Part shown: in pieces, positions 53,001 to 64,000 of the stretch
Layout: every line of letters starts with the position of its first letter
How positions within the stretch are numbered: the first letter of the stretch is position 1
From: Dicyema japonicum
Lineage: Eukaryota; Animalia; Dicyemida
Assembly: GCA_011109175.1 (NCBI GenBank)
Contig: RDEW01000003.1
Location: 851,071 to 915,070 of the forward strand
Length of the DNA: 64,000 bases
Direction: 5' to 3'
Made by a program: the position numbers and the translations under genes
Notes under the pieces: generated by a model
Database searches by the model: none
What the model saw: the letters and a program-made list of their open reading frames with translations, nothing else
What the model was told of the DNA's origin: nothing

Positions 53001-53794
53001 CAAATATTTTAATTCCTATCATACATCAACGCTTACTTAGTATATGAATTATTAATGTAAAATTAATACAAGATATTGAACGTGACGAAATTTAAAGCAT
53101 TTGATTCTGTGTTAGATATATTTATTTTAATTTAGAATTTTCGAGATTTGGTAACTCGTAATTTTTCGATTTTAATATGTTTAGTAAATTAAATTTCCTC
53201 GATGAAAAAAACCCAATTTATATCGAGAAATGTATTTCTTGCGCTTTCTTTAATCAGGGCCATCTTTGTCCTGGAAGATTGAATATCTTAGTTATCAGAA
53301 AAAAATGTACAGCATGACGGAACAGTGAATCAATAAAAATACATGTTTATTTCAAACACTCCGGAATCCCATCTAGACGGTAGGTCAGTTACACTCCCAT
53401 TTTGTCTTTGTCTTGTGTGGATATGATGGAGAATCACTGAGACAATTTGGATGCTATGCTAGGACATGCAGAATTCACATATTATCTAGTTTTAATTTAC
53501 TCATAGTCATTTAGAATAAATTCATTTATTTAAAAAATCTAGAACTAACGGAAAGTGAAGAACGGGTCCACCTTGCCAGCTCAACCAAAAAAGTATAAAT
53601 AGTTTTAGAGTCCTCATGAAGAAACGAAAGTTGATGATATAAAAATTTTGTTAATATTATTAATTAAAATAATATAAGAATAATGCTTATAAACGTGACT
53701 CAAATTATTATATCGAAAGTTCAAAGCATTTATAACGATAATGTTGACAGCTGTTTTAATGATGGTTATATTTATGCGTGCATTATAGCCACCT

Positions 53795-53978
53795 GTCGCT
53801 TCTCGGCCTTTTGGCTAAGATCAAAGTGTAGTATCTGTTCTTTCCAGCTTTATATCTGGGACGCCCTTACAAGGGGCAAGATATAATGCTTATTTTTGTA
53901 ACCTGGTGTGTGTTGCGAAGCTTGCTTCCGCCATACCGCGCGTCCTCCCAGTATTGCAGTACTTCTGGGTTGGGCGCA
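53795..53978 (+). ncRNA. U2: U2 snRNA copy 3
   Basis: Complete U2 with intact Sm site and SL IV. Confidence 0.95.
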
Positions 53979-54118
53979 TGGCCCCTTTTGGGGTTTCTAC
54001 TGATATAAAAATATAGCTTTTTGGCTATTCACTATATCGCAATTGAGACTGGTAGGAGAGGTGATCAAGAAAGGAAGCCGAGATGGCCAGGACAGAGTTC
54101 CTTAAAATAAAGTGAATT

Positions 54119-54375
54119 GACCTACGACGTCAGTGTCGTATCAACAGTCAGCGATAATAAGGGTGAAACTGTCCACTATAGAAGAGGTGATCTTTGAACT
54201 CCTGACGAGACATGTCTCGATTAATAAATCCTGATGAATGCTGGTAAATGCATTAGGAAATCCAGCTTCACTACGATGGTGTCTTTCGCGTCTGATGAAG
54301 TGGAAAAATTGCTGACCGAATAAATAGCGGCTAAAATCTCAAGCCCTAGCTAAGTTGGATTCATCTTAGGGCTTA
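54119..54375 (-). repeat. SINE-like repeat, homologous to 63725-64000
   Basis: Reverse complement aligns with 63745-64000. Confidence 0.75.
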
Positions 54376-54829
54376 GGAGATCATAGGCTGTTTTGCCTGC
54401 AATTTTAAACGATAGGGATCTGAATACATTTTTAATTGTAATCTCCAGCATTCTGTAAGCAAACAATTTGGATGAAATTAATAGTTTACATGCTTAGTCT
54501 TGTCTTTTCATGGACAAAGTAACCACGACAAAATTGCGGAAACCTCAACAATTGAGTAAGAAAGACCAAATGATCTTTTTTTGTTCTATCCTGGCACTGG
54601 GTATCACCAAAGACAGGTGGATCACTTGAAGTCACTCTAGAAGAACAAAAGGAAGAACAGAAGATAGTAAGAGAAATCTAGCCACATGGGACAACACCAA
54701 AATTCCCAGTGGCAGGACGAGAAAACTAATTAAAGTCCAAATTGATTTTTAAAATATTTAAAATAAATTAATTTTTAGTTAAATTTTTTCAATTTATTAA
54801 CAATTGAAAAAACATAGCTTGTCTGATAA

Positions 54830-55622
54830 ATGATAACAAAGCAATTGTGTGCACGAGCATTTTCAATAATAAACTCAGTTGCATTACTGGTATCTAAACT
54901 TTTAAACTTCAGTGCACAGCAGTTTACTTGTTCAATGTCGGAAGCGCTTATCTAAAACTCTCCCGTGTTTACTACCTACAGATATTTCGTCCGTCCATTA
55001 TCCAACCTCAAGCCGTATTTGCAATACTTTTCGCTATTGGATTGATTCTCTGTGGACTTTTTGGATTAGTAACATCGATCATCAGCACTCGTTATATTCA
55101 GAAAAGTTACTTCATTTTTATGTCCGCTGTTATTATAGTCTTCGGCATTTATTTTATCACAGTCATTGTCCTTAAGCAGAAGGTCAGTCCTTGAGTCCAA
55201 TTTAGTCGGAATATTTAATTTCAGATATCATAACAAACGGCGTAAAATCTGGCAATAAGGAGCTCTTTGATCTGCAGAAAGAGGTCATATTTCAGCTTAA
55301 ATTTCAGCTAAAGTGTTGTGGCTCAGAAGGCGCAGCTGACTATTTGCAAAATAAGGTTGAGATTCCCAGGAGTTGTTGTCCTTTGGATTCAAATATTTCG
55401 TGTATTAAAGACATGGCTTATATAGTATCATTTCGATGAGATTTTAAAGGGATGTAGTTTTAGAGTTTATAAGCGCTATGACGGCTTTATCGTGGACCTG
55501 TCACTTTTGGGATCCTTAGTGTTACTATTTTTGGTTCTCTGATTGGTAATTTTTAGCTACTTGGCTTAATTGGATCAAGATTGCTTTTGAAGTATGTAAA
55601 ACTTAATTTAAGACGTTATTAA
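54830..55622 (+). CDS. Tetraspanin, multi-exon
   Basis: Four hydrophobic segments; LKCCG, PRSCC and GC motifs of the large extracellular loop; 21-25 nt introns. Confidence 0.88.
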
Positions 55623-57384
55623 ATAAACTTATTTTATTTTTTTCTTAGGTAGCGTAATTGTTAGTGCTGTCACTCGTGGGTTCGACCAATCAAAGACCTA
55701 TCACTCGATCTGTTCAAATTTTGACTATGACATACAACAGTTAATAATTCTGTTATTCCTCCATAAGACGGACATATTCAATTTTTCTATGTAGTTAGCT
55801 TTACTTTAGCTACTAAAAGAATTACAAATGTGCCTTTAGCAACAGGTTCGTTACAAATATTCCCCTATCAAAGTCGAACTGAGTGATCGCAGCTACTGAG
55901 CTGCTGCTGTAAAGCTTTCGCTTCCAAATATCAGATTGGCTCCTCCTAGTGCTTGCTAAATCCTTTTTCTGAGGGTCATCCAGGTAAACTTGCTCGTCTA
56001 CGCTTTGGAAATTATTTCGATTTACCAACATAGATATAAACTGAATGATGCGGAAGATGTCTTCAGTTCTTTTTGCAACCTTTCCATGTTGACAGCAAGT
56101 TCACTTTTCTAATGTCCACTTGTACGATGTCCATCTACCACACTGAAAGTGATCGATATATAGGAATGACCATAATTTGCCGCGTCTTCTCATGTAAGTT
56201 AGTTAGGACAGAGTTGACTAACTATCTAAAATCCTGCAATTTGGGGGAGACGATATCTGACCTAGAAATCCTTACAGTCAATGGTGTCCTCTCTTAGAAT
56301 TGAAAATTTTTATGTATGGAAATAAGCTCAATAAGCAACTCCCGTCTAGCTTATCTCTATTTCTCCTTATGATACTCTATTCAATACGGTTCAGCAGGGT
56401 TAATGATCAGCTTCCAATAAACCTCGAGGTTCCCACAGCTTCGGGTTCGAAAATAAACGGTCCACCAAGATTTTCGATTTTTCTCGGGTTTTTCCGAGCC
56501 TGATCCAAGGTTGGAGCTGAAAAGCCATCCACATAGGTGGTACCCCAAGCAAGGTATCTTCCCTTTTAACGGAAAAAATGTTGTCCCATAGAGCCTTTTG
56601 TTCGTGACGTCTAGTCAGGAGGCTCCAGCTGTGCAGGATACCTAACGTTCTCGAGCCATCTCGCAGTTACTTCATTCAGTGTCTCGTGCTTATCCCAGCG
56701 CTCCGTCCGTCAGCAATATCAACCATCTTCCAATATCTGAACAGGTGCCTCATAGAAACATTGAGCCCAAGTCGGAAGCAGATTCCAATTCCCGTTGAGT
56801 CAGTGTCCAAAATGTTTTAAGTGATACACGAAAAAGATCCCTGAGATGCGCACCGTTCTCACTTGTAAATGCGGAGGATAAGAATGTCTGCCACAGTTGA
56901 TCTGATTCTGCTTAGATCTCCTCGATAAATCGTCCCAGCTATACTGTTTCTCTGATTTTTTTGAAGCCAAAATTTTAGATGTGGCCAAATTTCTCAAGCA
57001 AGGCAGGCTTGCGGGTCAGCTTGCTCGAGTAGTTTAGGATCTGGCGAGTGAGGTCGCTAACAACGTTGACCAAAGAAAGGAAAGCAAGGAATTTTGGTTT
57101 GTTAGGCCAGTAGATAACGATCCTTCAAAAATGGAGAAACGTTTGAATTGGGTCCAACAAATTTCGTATAAAGAAATGTTCATTTATTTCTCAATAGACC
57201 ACCTTAGTGTCTTCTAGGGGTTCATATTTTAAAAATACTGGACTGTCTGTAAATTTGGCGGAAGAGATTGGTCAGGATAATAGTCCAATGTTGAAAGTTT
57301 TGTCTCTTCACGACGAAAAGAACAACAATCTTATTTCTTTATGGCAAAATAAAGTTCCTATTGTTACAGAAGAAGAGATTTTCC

Positions 57385-57595
57385 AATGTCACACAAGTCC
57401 ACCCGGAATCAACGGAAAGAAAGAAAACATTTAGTCCTCGTAGTTGCGGGAATCCCACCAGTGGAATGAGGAAGAGCAAACGACTCCTTTTCGCACTATT
57501 ATAGCACTGGGCGCCACCCGACAAAGGTGGATAGCATAACGACACTCTAAAAAACAAAGTAACAAAAGAAAGTATGAGAAATATAACCACGTGGC
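57385..57595 (-). repeat. Family S repeat, partial copy E (partial copy D at 54560-54700)
   Basis: CCAGTGGA.TG.GGAAGAGCAAA...GCACTGGG.GCCACC...GGTGGAT core. Confidence 0.65.
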
Positions 57596-57943
57596 ATTAT
57601 TATTATTAACCCCAAACATTAAATAAAAAAAGATAAAAGATAAACTAGAAATACTCAGCATTTAGAGATCGTTTCCAGTTCTGCCCAATTGAAACCGAAA
57701 CTGTTAGGAGAATAAGTAAAGGGGTCGCTAACAATATTGGAAATGTGATTGTGGTACAACTCAGAGACCCTCACGAACGAAATGGTTTTCTAAGTGCTTA
57801 GAAATGGAGATGCTAATGTTCCGGTTGAAGCATTATTTGTTACTAATTTTTACTAAAATAAATTTTAAAAAAAATATAATAATTTATTTTAGAATGGTTA
57901 ACCTAAAATTACAATTAAATAGCGTATTTGCGCAAGTAAAATA

Positions 57944-58378
57944 ATGCCGTCAGCTCAATCAGGTAGGGTGTTGTTTGAAATTCAAGTTTTATCTACTACC
58001 GGATACGTTAGCTGGTACAATGTGGAAAAAGGCTTTGGCTTCATAGAAAGGTATTCTTATTAAGTTTAAAATAGGGATGATAACGGCCAATCTATATTTT
58101 TCCATGTGGTAATGTTTATATTGAAAATAATAGAGAAACATATCACAGATTTCGGGAAATAATTCGTGGAGTCTCGATAAGGGAGAACATGTTGAATTCC
58201 AAGTTAGAAATGGAAAAAGGGGCATTGAAGCCTTTAATGTGAATGGAGTAGATGGTAAAAAACCGTTAGGAAATCGTTCGTTCGACTTGGTTTTATTTCT
58301 TATTACTTTTAGGACGGCTTAGTGTTCCACCCACACAGAAAGCCTGTTAAAAAACAGTCTGAGAATAATGTTTCGTGA
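57944..58378 (+). CDS. Minimal Y-box-type cold-shock-domain protein (~112 aa, 4 introns)
   Basis: GYVSWYNVEKGFGFIE|RDD...IFFHV|...SLDKGEHVEFQVRNGKRGIEAFNVNG; introns of 24, 24, 25 and 23 nt give an intact frame. Confidence 0.85.
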
Positions 58379-58809
58379 TTATTTTTTAATGTTTAATTTT
58401 GTTTGTAAAGTTATGATAAAAAATGAAATATCGAACAAATCATTAGGAGTAAGTAAATTAATAGTCTGACTTATTAATTGTCTACCCACGTGCTATGTTG
58501 CTTTCATCTAGAATTTGGTTTTTCGTATTTAATTGTTTATCTTCATAATACCATTGATTGGTCTAATAGCTTCATAAACGTGATTAAATCACGTGGTTGA
58601 GTTTTGCATCACAATGATTATTAATCCTCTCTTTATTCGATTACCCTTCATTGGTCTTATATTTCAGGACCCATGGTATTTATGACCATCCATTCTACTG
58701 AAGTCTATGGATTCGTAATCTTTGTTGTCCGATATACTTTTTAATTTTTTTTAATGGAAAAAATTTTATTAACAAAAAATTTGAATAATTAAGCTTTTGC
58801 TGATAGGAT

Positions 58810-59329
58810 TGAGTATACGTTTCCACGTAATACGACAATCCTGACTTGTTGTCTTAGCCAGAACGATTCGCAGGGTTCTTTTTAGACTCGCTAGTTGTCC
58901 TCCTATTTCATTCAGAAAGGCCGCTGTTCCACACATTTCAGTGTGAATATGGGAAAAACGTCATTTTGTTTGGCCTCTTGCCATCTCCACGATCTAGTCC
59001 AGCAGGCTCTAGTTGAGCTGGGATCCTGCAGCCTCGAGGGTTCGCAGAATAACATTATTCAATACGCTGTGACTAGGTGAGCGACCTGGACTTTTTTTTC
59101 AAGACAAAGGATATAGTCTTTTGGTGTCAACTGTTCCTCCACAACGACATCTGTGTTGTTTGGCAGACGTCAATTCCCAATCGTTGTGCTATTCCGATTC
59201 TCACACAATCGTCGTCCATAAGTGTTCCAAAAGATGCGCATGGAAATGCGTGGAGCAATGCACCACTCCCATTTTGTGCAGCAGATAGCAAACAGACAAG
59301 CCGGTGTTGGTTCGAGTCTTGCTTTAGAC
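58810..59329 (-). mobile_element. Old CRE-like fragment, cut by a hAT-type terminus (CAGTGGTTCTCAACCTTTT) at 59330
   Basis: SNQHRLVCLL...SGALLHAFP...DDDCVRIGIAQRLG matches the long CRE ORF. Confidence 0.75.
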
Positions 59330-59449
59330 CAGTGGTTCTCAACCTTTTTGGTCTGCGAGCCAAATCAATAATTGTCGTATATCATCACATCCGGGTAAAG
59401 TATCATGATAAGTCTTACTTATCATTGGTTACCGGCTTCTTTTCGGAGG

Positions 59450-59630
59450 AAAACGAAATTTTTAATTTCGTCCAAAAACATGCTCGACGTAGTATGGGAC
59501 AAAAAAGGAAGACTTTGACATCTGTCTCCGATTTTTAAAGAAAAAACGAAATTTTTTAATTTCGTCAAAAACATGTTCGACGTAGTATGGGACAAAAAAG
59601 GGAGACCTTGACATCGGTCCCGATTTTCAG
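59450..59630. repeat. ~93-bp tandem duplication
   Basis: AAAACGAAATTTTTAATTTCGTC..AAAACATG.TCGACGTAGTATGGGACAAAAAAGG occurs twice. Confidence 0.85.
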
Positions 59631-61935
59631 ATTAATTAAGGTGAATTAAAGAATGGATTATAGTTTATTTGAGAAGGAGTTAAGGAATATTAGAGAGTGG
59701 ATTAAAGTGTATTAGAGAATGTGTTAGGGTAGATAAAAGAATGAATTATGGTGTATTAGAGCAGGGGTTCTCAACCTGGGGTCGATTCGACCCCCAGGGG
59801 TCTAAAATCAATCCAGATCGATCGTAAGGGGGTTGAAAATAAATTTAATATATTTAATCTTTTTCAATTTAAATTAAGTTAGTTTATTTTTAAAGTGGTA
59901 AACCTTTGTTCTTTAAAATTTTTAAAATTACCATGCATGTTTTTGTTTGTGTATGAGTCGTCCTTCTACATTAAAAATTCGTCAATATAAAAATGAATAT
60001 TTGGAATTTGGATTTATAAAATTTTTTTTGATAATAGACCATATTGCTTACTGTGTAACAAGTTATCAAATGATGCAATGAAACCGTCCAAATCTTTAGG
60101 AGTAAACATTCGGATAAAAAAGATAAACCATTAGAGTATTTTGAAGAATTAAAGGATTTTTTCGTAAACAAAAAACGATTGACAGTTTTTACAAATAGTA
60201 TTGAAAGAAACAAAAAATACTATTTTTTTCGCTTCAAATTGACGAAAGTCATACATGTGACAACCAATAAATTCTAATGGGATATGTCAGGTTAATCTTA
60301 TTAGAAGCTTACCCTTTAAGATATTTTGACGATCATGCTATTCCTACAGAAGCTTTATTATTCGTCAAATATTTGGAAACTGATATGACTGGATTTTCTA
60401 TTTTTTCCGTAGTCAAATTATTTTTGGATGACAAGAAGATTCCATATGAAAATTTGGTCTCTTGTGCCACAGATGGTGCAATGTCTATGGTTGAAAAATA
60501 TAAAGGATTCGAGGCATATTTGAAAAAAATATGTCCAAATGTGATTCATATACATTGCGTTCTACATACACAACATTTTGTTTCAAAAGCTCTTTCGCCA
60601 ATTCTACATGAAACGTTAAATATAGTTATTAAAACCATAAACAAAATTAAAGCAAACAGCAAGTATGACCGTCTTTTTAGAAAATTTTGCTATGAGGCTA
60701 AAGAAACATATGTTCGTTTGTGCTTCACACTGAGGTTATAGTTTCCAATTTTATTTTATAGGTACGATGGTTATCAAAGGAAAATGCATTAGAACGATTT
60801 TCAATATTATTTGACAAAATCGTAAATTTTCTTACTTCTGGGTGATAAAACTTTAGCAGATTTAATTGTATCGGAAAAGAAAAAATTGTTTATTTGGAAA
60901 ATTTAATGAAGTTTTATTAGAACTTCAGGGAAAGTATGTGACGTTAATAGATTGTAAAAGAATTATTCAAATATTTATCGAAAAAATTAAGTTATATAAA
61001 TATAACTTGGAAATAAAGAAATTATTATAACATTCCTGAATTCTACTCAATTAATCAAACATTTGATGATGAAGATATTAACAACTTTTTGCAACATTTA
61101 TTAAGTATAGAAAAAGATTTTGATTCTTTCCAAGATATTCTTGAATTAGAAATTCCATCTTGGATGATTAATCCGAATTTGTCAAAGCCAGAAAAACAAA
61201 AAGAAATTATTCAAGAGGAATTAATTATGTTAAAATTCAATCCAGAATTAAAACTATATTATAATGATTCACAATCACCTGTTATTTTTTGGCAAAATAT
61301 GAAAGTGAAGGAGAGTTATCCAAAATTGTGGACAGAAATAGCACAATTGCTACTCTATTTTCCTACATCATACTGTGTTGAATGCGGATTCAGCATTCTA
61401 CATAGAATCGAAAATAATAACGAAACAGATTGGAAGTGTCCCTTAGAGGAGATCTTCGTTTAAAAATAACACAAATAGAGCCAGATATCGAATCTTTGGT
61501 CAAAAAACATCAGTCACAGGGATCCCATTGGTATTTAATTTTTTTATTATAGATTTATGCTAAGATACCAACTTAACATCGAGTATATACTTTTTTTGTT
61601 TTATTTGATTATTAACAATGAATTCATTTTAGATAATTAACTAATTTTACTTAGAATTGTCTGTTCTAAATAAAAAAGTTTTAAGGGGTCGATTAAATAT
61701 TAGGGGGTCGAAAAAAAAGTCAAGGGGTCGACGAGTAAAAAAGGTTGAGAACCCTGTATTAGAGAATGGATTTGGATGTAATGGAGAATGGATTAGGGTG
61801 AATTAAAAGATGTGTTAGGGTAAATTAGAGAATGAGTTATGTTGTATTAGAGAATGGATTAGGGTAATTAGGAGTTAGTTTTAATAAGAAAATGAGATTG
61901 AGTAAATAAGAGAATGAGTTAGCGTAAATTAAAGC
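59630..61935. repeat. Degenerate ~22-bp minisatellite containing TTAGGG, split by a hAT insertion (arms 59630-59761 and 61757-61935)
   Basis: Repeated AGAGAATGGATTAGGGTGAATT-like units. Confidence 0.7.
59762..61756 (+). mobile_element. hAT (Buster/Charlie, ZBED5/SCAND3-like) transposon with a disrupted, intron-containing transposase
   Basis: TIRs CAGGG(G)TTCTCAACCT; perfect 8-bp TSD TATTAGAG; motifs ATDGA, HCVLH, LHTE|VRWLSK, FPTSYCVECGFS. Confidence 0.92.
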
Positions 61936-62149
61936 ATCGGTTGTTTCTATACATTCATAAAGTTTATTTTATTGCATATTACGATGCTTGACCTCTAATT
62001 AAATTGACTTGTACTTTTTATCCATAAATTCTCTTTTTATTTTTAATATTAATATATTATTACTATAAATAACTCCTTAGTTAAAAGATACCCAAATTTT
62101 ATAATACATAATTCAAAAATGAATTTTTTAGGGTTTCTGTGTTATGCAA

Positions 62150-62650
62150 GAAATAAATTTTTGAACTTTTGCCTTTGTTATGTTTTCAATCCTTTTGATA
62201 ATGTGCAATTGTTCAATATTTGTGGTTATCATGGATATATTGTGATTCCTTTGGTTTCATTAAGACTCCTGTAACCACATGTTTTGGACAGATAAGTTTA
62301 ACTTATCAGCCCGGATTCGAAGATGGCCACGGGTTCTCACACTATACGACAATAATTAACAATTGGTTCGCTGGCCGCAAAAAGTTTTTTAAAGAAAATT
62401 AAACATTATTAACTAAAACTTATTTGAGAATTGAATCTGCTTTCCTTCTACTATTCTTCAAAATAGGGACTCAGTTTTTATGACGACGTAAGTAAAAGTT
62501 GTATATGATGTTCATAAGTTAATTGGTTGCAAAATTTGGTTGTCTTCAAAAACGAAGAATTTTTTCCCATTCGGGGTTAAATGCACGAATTTTTGAATAA
62601 TTTTTATACTTCTTTTAACACGTTTTTCAGATATCACAATTATTATTATT
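62150..62650 (-). mobile_element. Possible Tc1/mariner (DUF4817-type) remnant
   Basis: Weak fragments KIIQKFVHLTP and NYCRIV..ENP..IFES. Confidence 0.3.
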
Positions 62651-62729
62651 ACCCCAGGGTTACCATTGTAGGCCCAGCACAAACAGTCATAACTAATTAG
62701 TCCAAGAAAATCTGCTTGTGCTGACCAAA

Positions 62730-63070
62730 TCCATCTACCAATATTTCATTACAGGCTTTTCTCTTTCGAAGGGACGTGGAGAAATAGGTCCGCCCTTTCC
62801 TATTTCGTCGCATGTCCTACCGTCGCGGACATCACTTCATTCTTCAGCGGAATAGTTTTTTTCATAATGTGATCTTCATCAAAGGATTTGGTCAGGGAGA
62901 GGTAGGAAGATCCCTTTCAACTACTGTGTCGTACCAGAAGGACTCGCCTCACGTGTGGGATCTGTTTGACAAGAATTGACCTTCACTGAAAACTTTGTCC
63001 TTCGGATTCGAACCCACGACCTTCAGTCATCAGACGTTACGTTCAGTCAAAAGGCCAACCACGTGGCATC
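62730..63070 (-). mobile_element. tRNA-headed SINE-like element
   Basis: B box GGTTCGAATCC near 63003-63013; body shared with 33170-33475. Confidence 0.65.
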
Positions 63071-63194
63071 AATGACAATCACATGGAAAGATTATAATGC
63101 GAGTCAAAATTGATTTTGGAAATATCAATGATAAATTTAATTTTATTGTTAAACATAATTTTTTTACAATTTATTTATTCAATAAAATATCAAT

Positions 63195-63351
63195 ACTTGA
63201 AAAAAATCATAACTTGTTTTTAAATGTAGCGAAGCAATTGTGCGTACGAGTATTTTCGATAGTAATCTCAGTTGCATTATTGGTATCTATAATTTTAAAT
63301 TTCAGTCCACAGCCGGTTACTTGTTCAATGTCGGAAGCGTTTATCTAAAAT
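63195..63351 (+). pseudogene. Truncated duplicate of the tetraspanin 5' end
   Basis: Aligns to 54805-54957 including intron 1; interrupted by a LINE fragment at about 63355-63650. Confidence 0.8.
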
Positions 63352-63724
63352 CGGGAGAAGATTTGTTAGACGTGCAAGTTTGCCTGTTAGGAGTTGATCT
63401 TGTATGAATTGGATTTTGAAGCTCCATAGGCCCATGAGGCACATGCATACTCTATCGTCGTTTTAGAAGTTGATTGTACAAGACGACAGCGCATTCCCGT
63501 GACGGCCTGAACTTTAAGAGCGGTTTCATTATATTCTGTTTCCTGAGACCCTTTGTCATAACGTTCTTCACATGTTGAGAAAATGTCATCAAAGGGTCGA
63601 AAGTCACTTCCAGAATAGTTGGATGTATCTGTAAAGGAAAAGAGTCTCCATAATAATAATAGCCTTTTCACGAGAGCCATGATATTTATAGCTCGCATAG
63701 GCAGGACACACACTTTTATTTAAG

Positions 63725-64000
63725 AGTGGCATAGTGGTTAGGTGTCGCTAGATGAATCCAACTTGGCTAGGGTTGAGATTTTATCCGGATGTGAGACGCT
63801 ATTTATTCGGTAAGCAATTTTCCACTTCATCAGACGCGAAAACACCATCGTAGTGAAGCTGGACTTCCTAAATCATTTAACAGCATTCATCAGGATTTAT
63901 TAATCTAGACTTGTCAGGACTCCAAAGATCAACTCTCGTATAGTGGACAGTCTCACCCTTATTATCGCTTACCGTTGATACGACACTGACGTCGTAGGTC
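63725..64000 (+). mobile_element. tRNA-headed SINE-like element; runs to the window end
   Basis: Head GTGGCATAGTGGTTAGGTGTCG is identical to the head of the SINE at 52850; body homologous to 54119-54375. Confidence 0.7.

Noticed and set aside
54200-54330. CTGACGA/CTGATGA motifs suggesting hammerhead ribozymes
   Set aside because: No correctly placed GAAA or stem III, and the stems are not conserved in the homologous copy at 63810-63930

Overview
AT-rich eukaryotic (metazoan-type) genomic DNA. Host genes are compact and split by many very short GT-AG introns, mostly 21-30 nt. This resembles what is known for dicyemid mesozoans; the taxon is an inference. Hand-spliced host genes: a USP deubiquitinase, a MIER-type ELM2-SANT protein, an F-BAR/RhoGAP, Golgin-97 (GOLGA1), exportin-7, mitochondrial DnaJ (DNAJA3-like), SERINC, prefoldin 4, a tetraspanin and a minimal Y-box/cold-shock protein. 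RNA genes: three U2 snRNA copies, four 5S rRNA copies of two types, an intron-containing tRNA-Ile(UAU) and tRNA pseudogenes. The rest is a dense mobilome: R4/Dong-like, CRE-like, RTE-like and I/jockey-like non-LTR elements, hAT transposons and several SINE-like families. Most notable: (1) a tandem 5S rDNA + R4/Dong-like retroelement cassette; (2) a hAT transposase carrying host-style micro-introns, one apparently splitting its stop codon; (3) a long CRE element inserted 10 bp after the DnaJ stop with a 12-bp TSD; (4) a modular RTE/SINE system sharing one 3' stem-loop tail; (5) a dispersed ~320-nt repeat with covarying stems and a possible pseudoknot. Single-base frameshifts in conserved genes suggest uncorrected indel errors in the assembly, so some pseudogene calls are uncertain.
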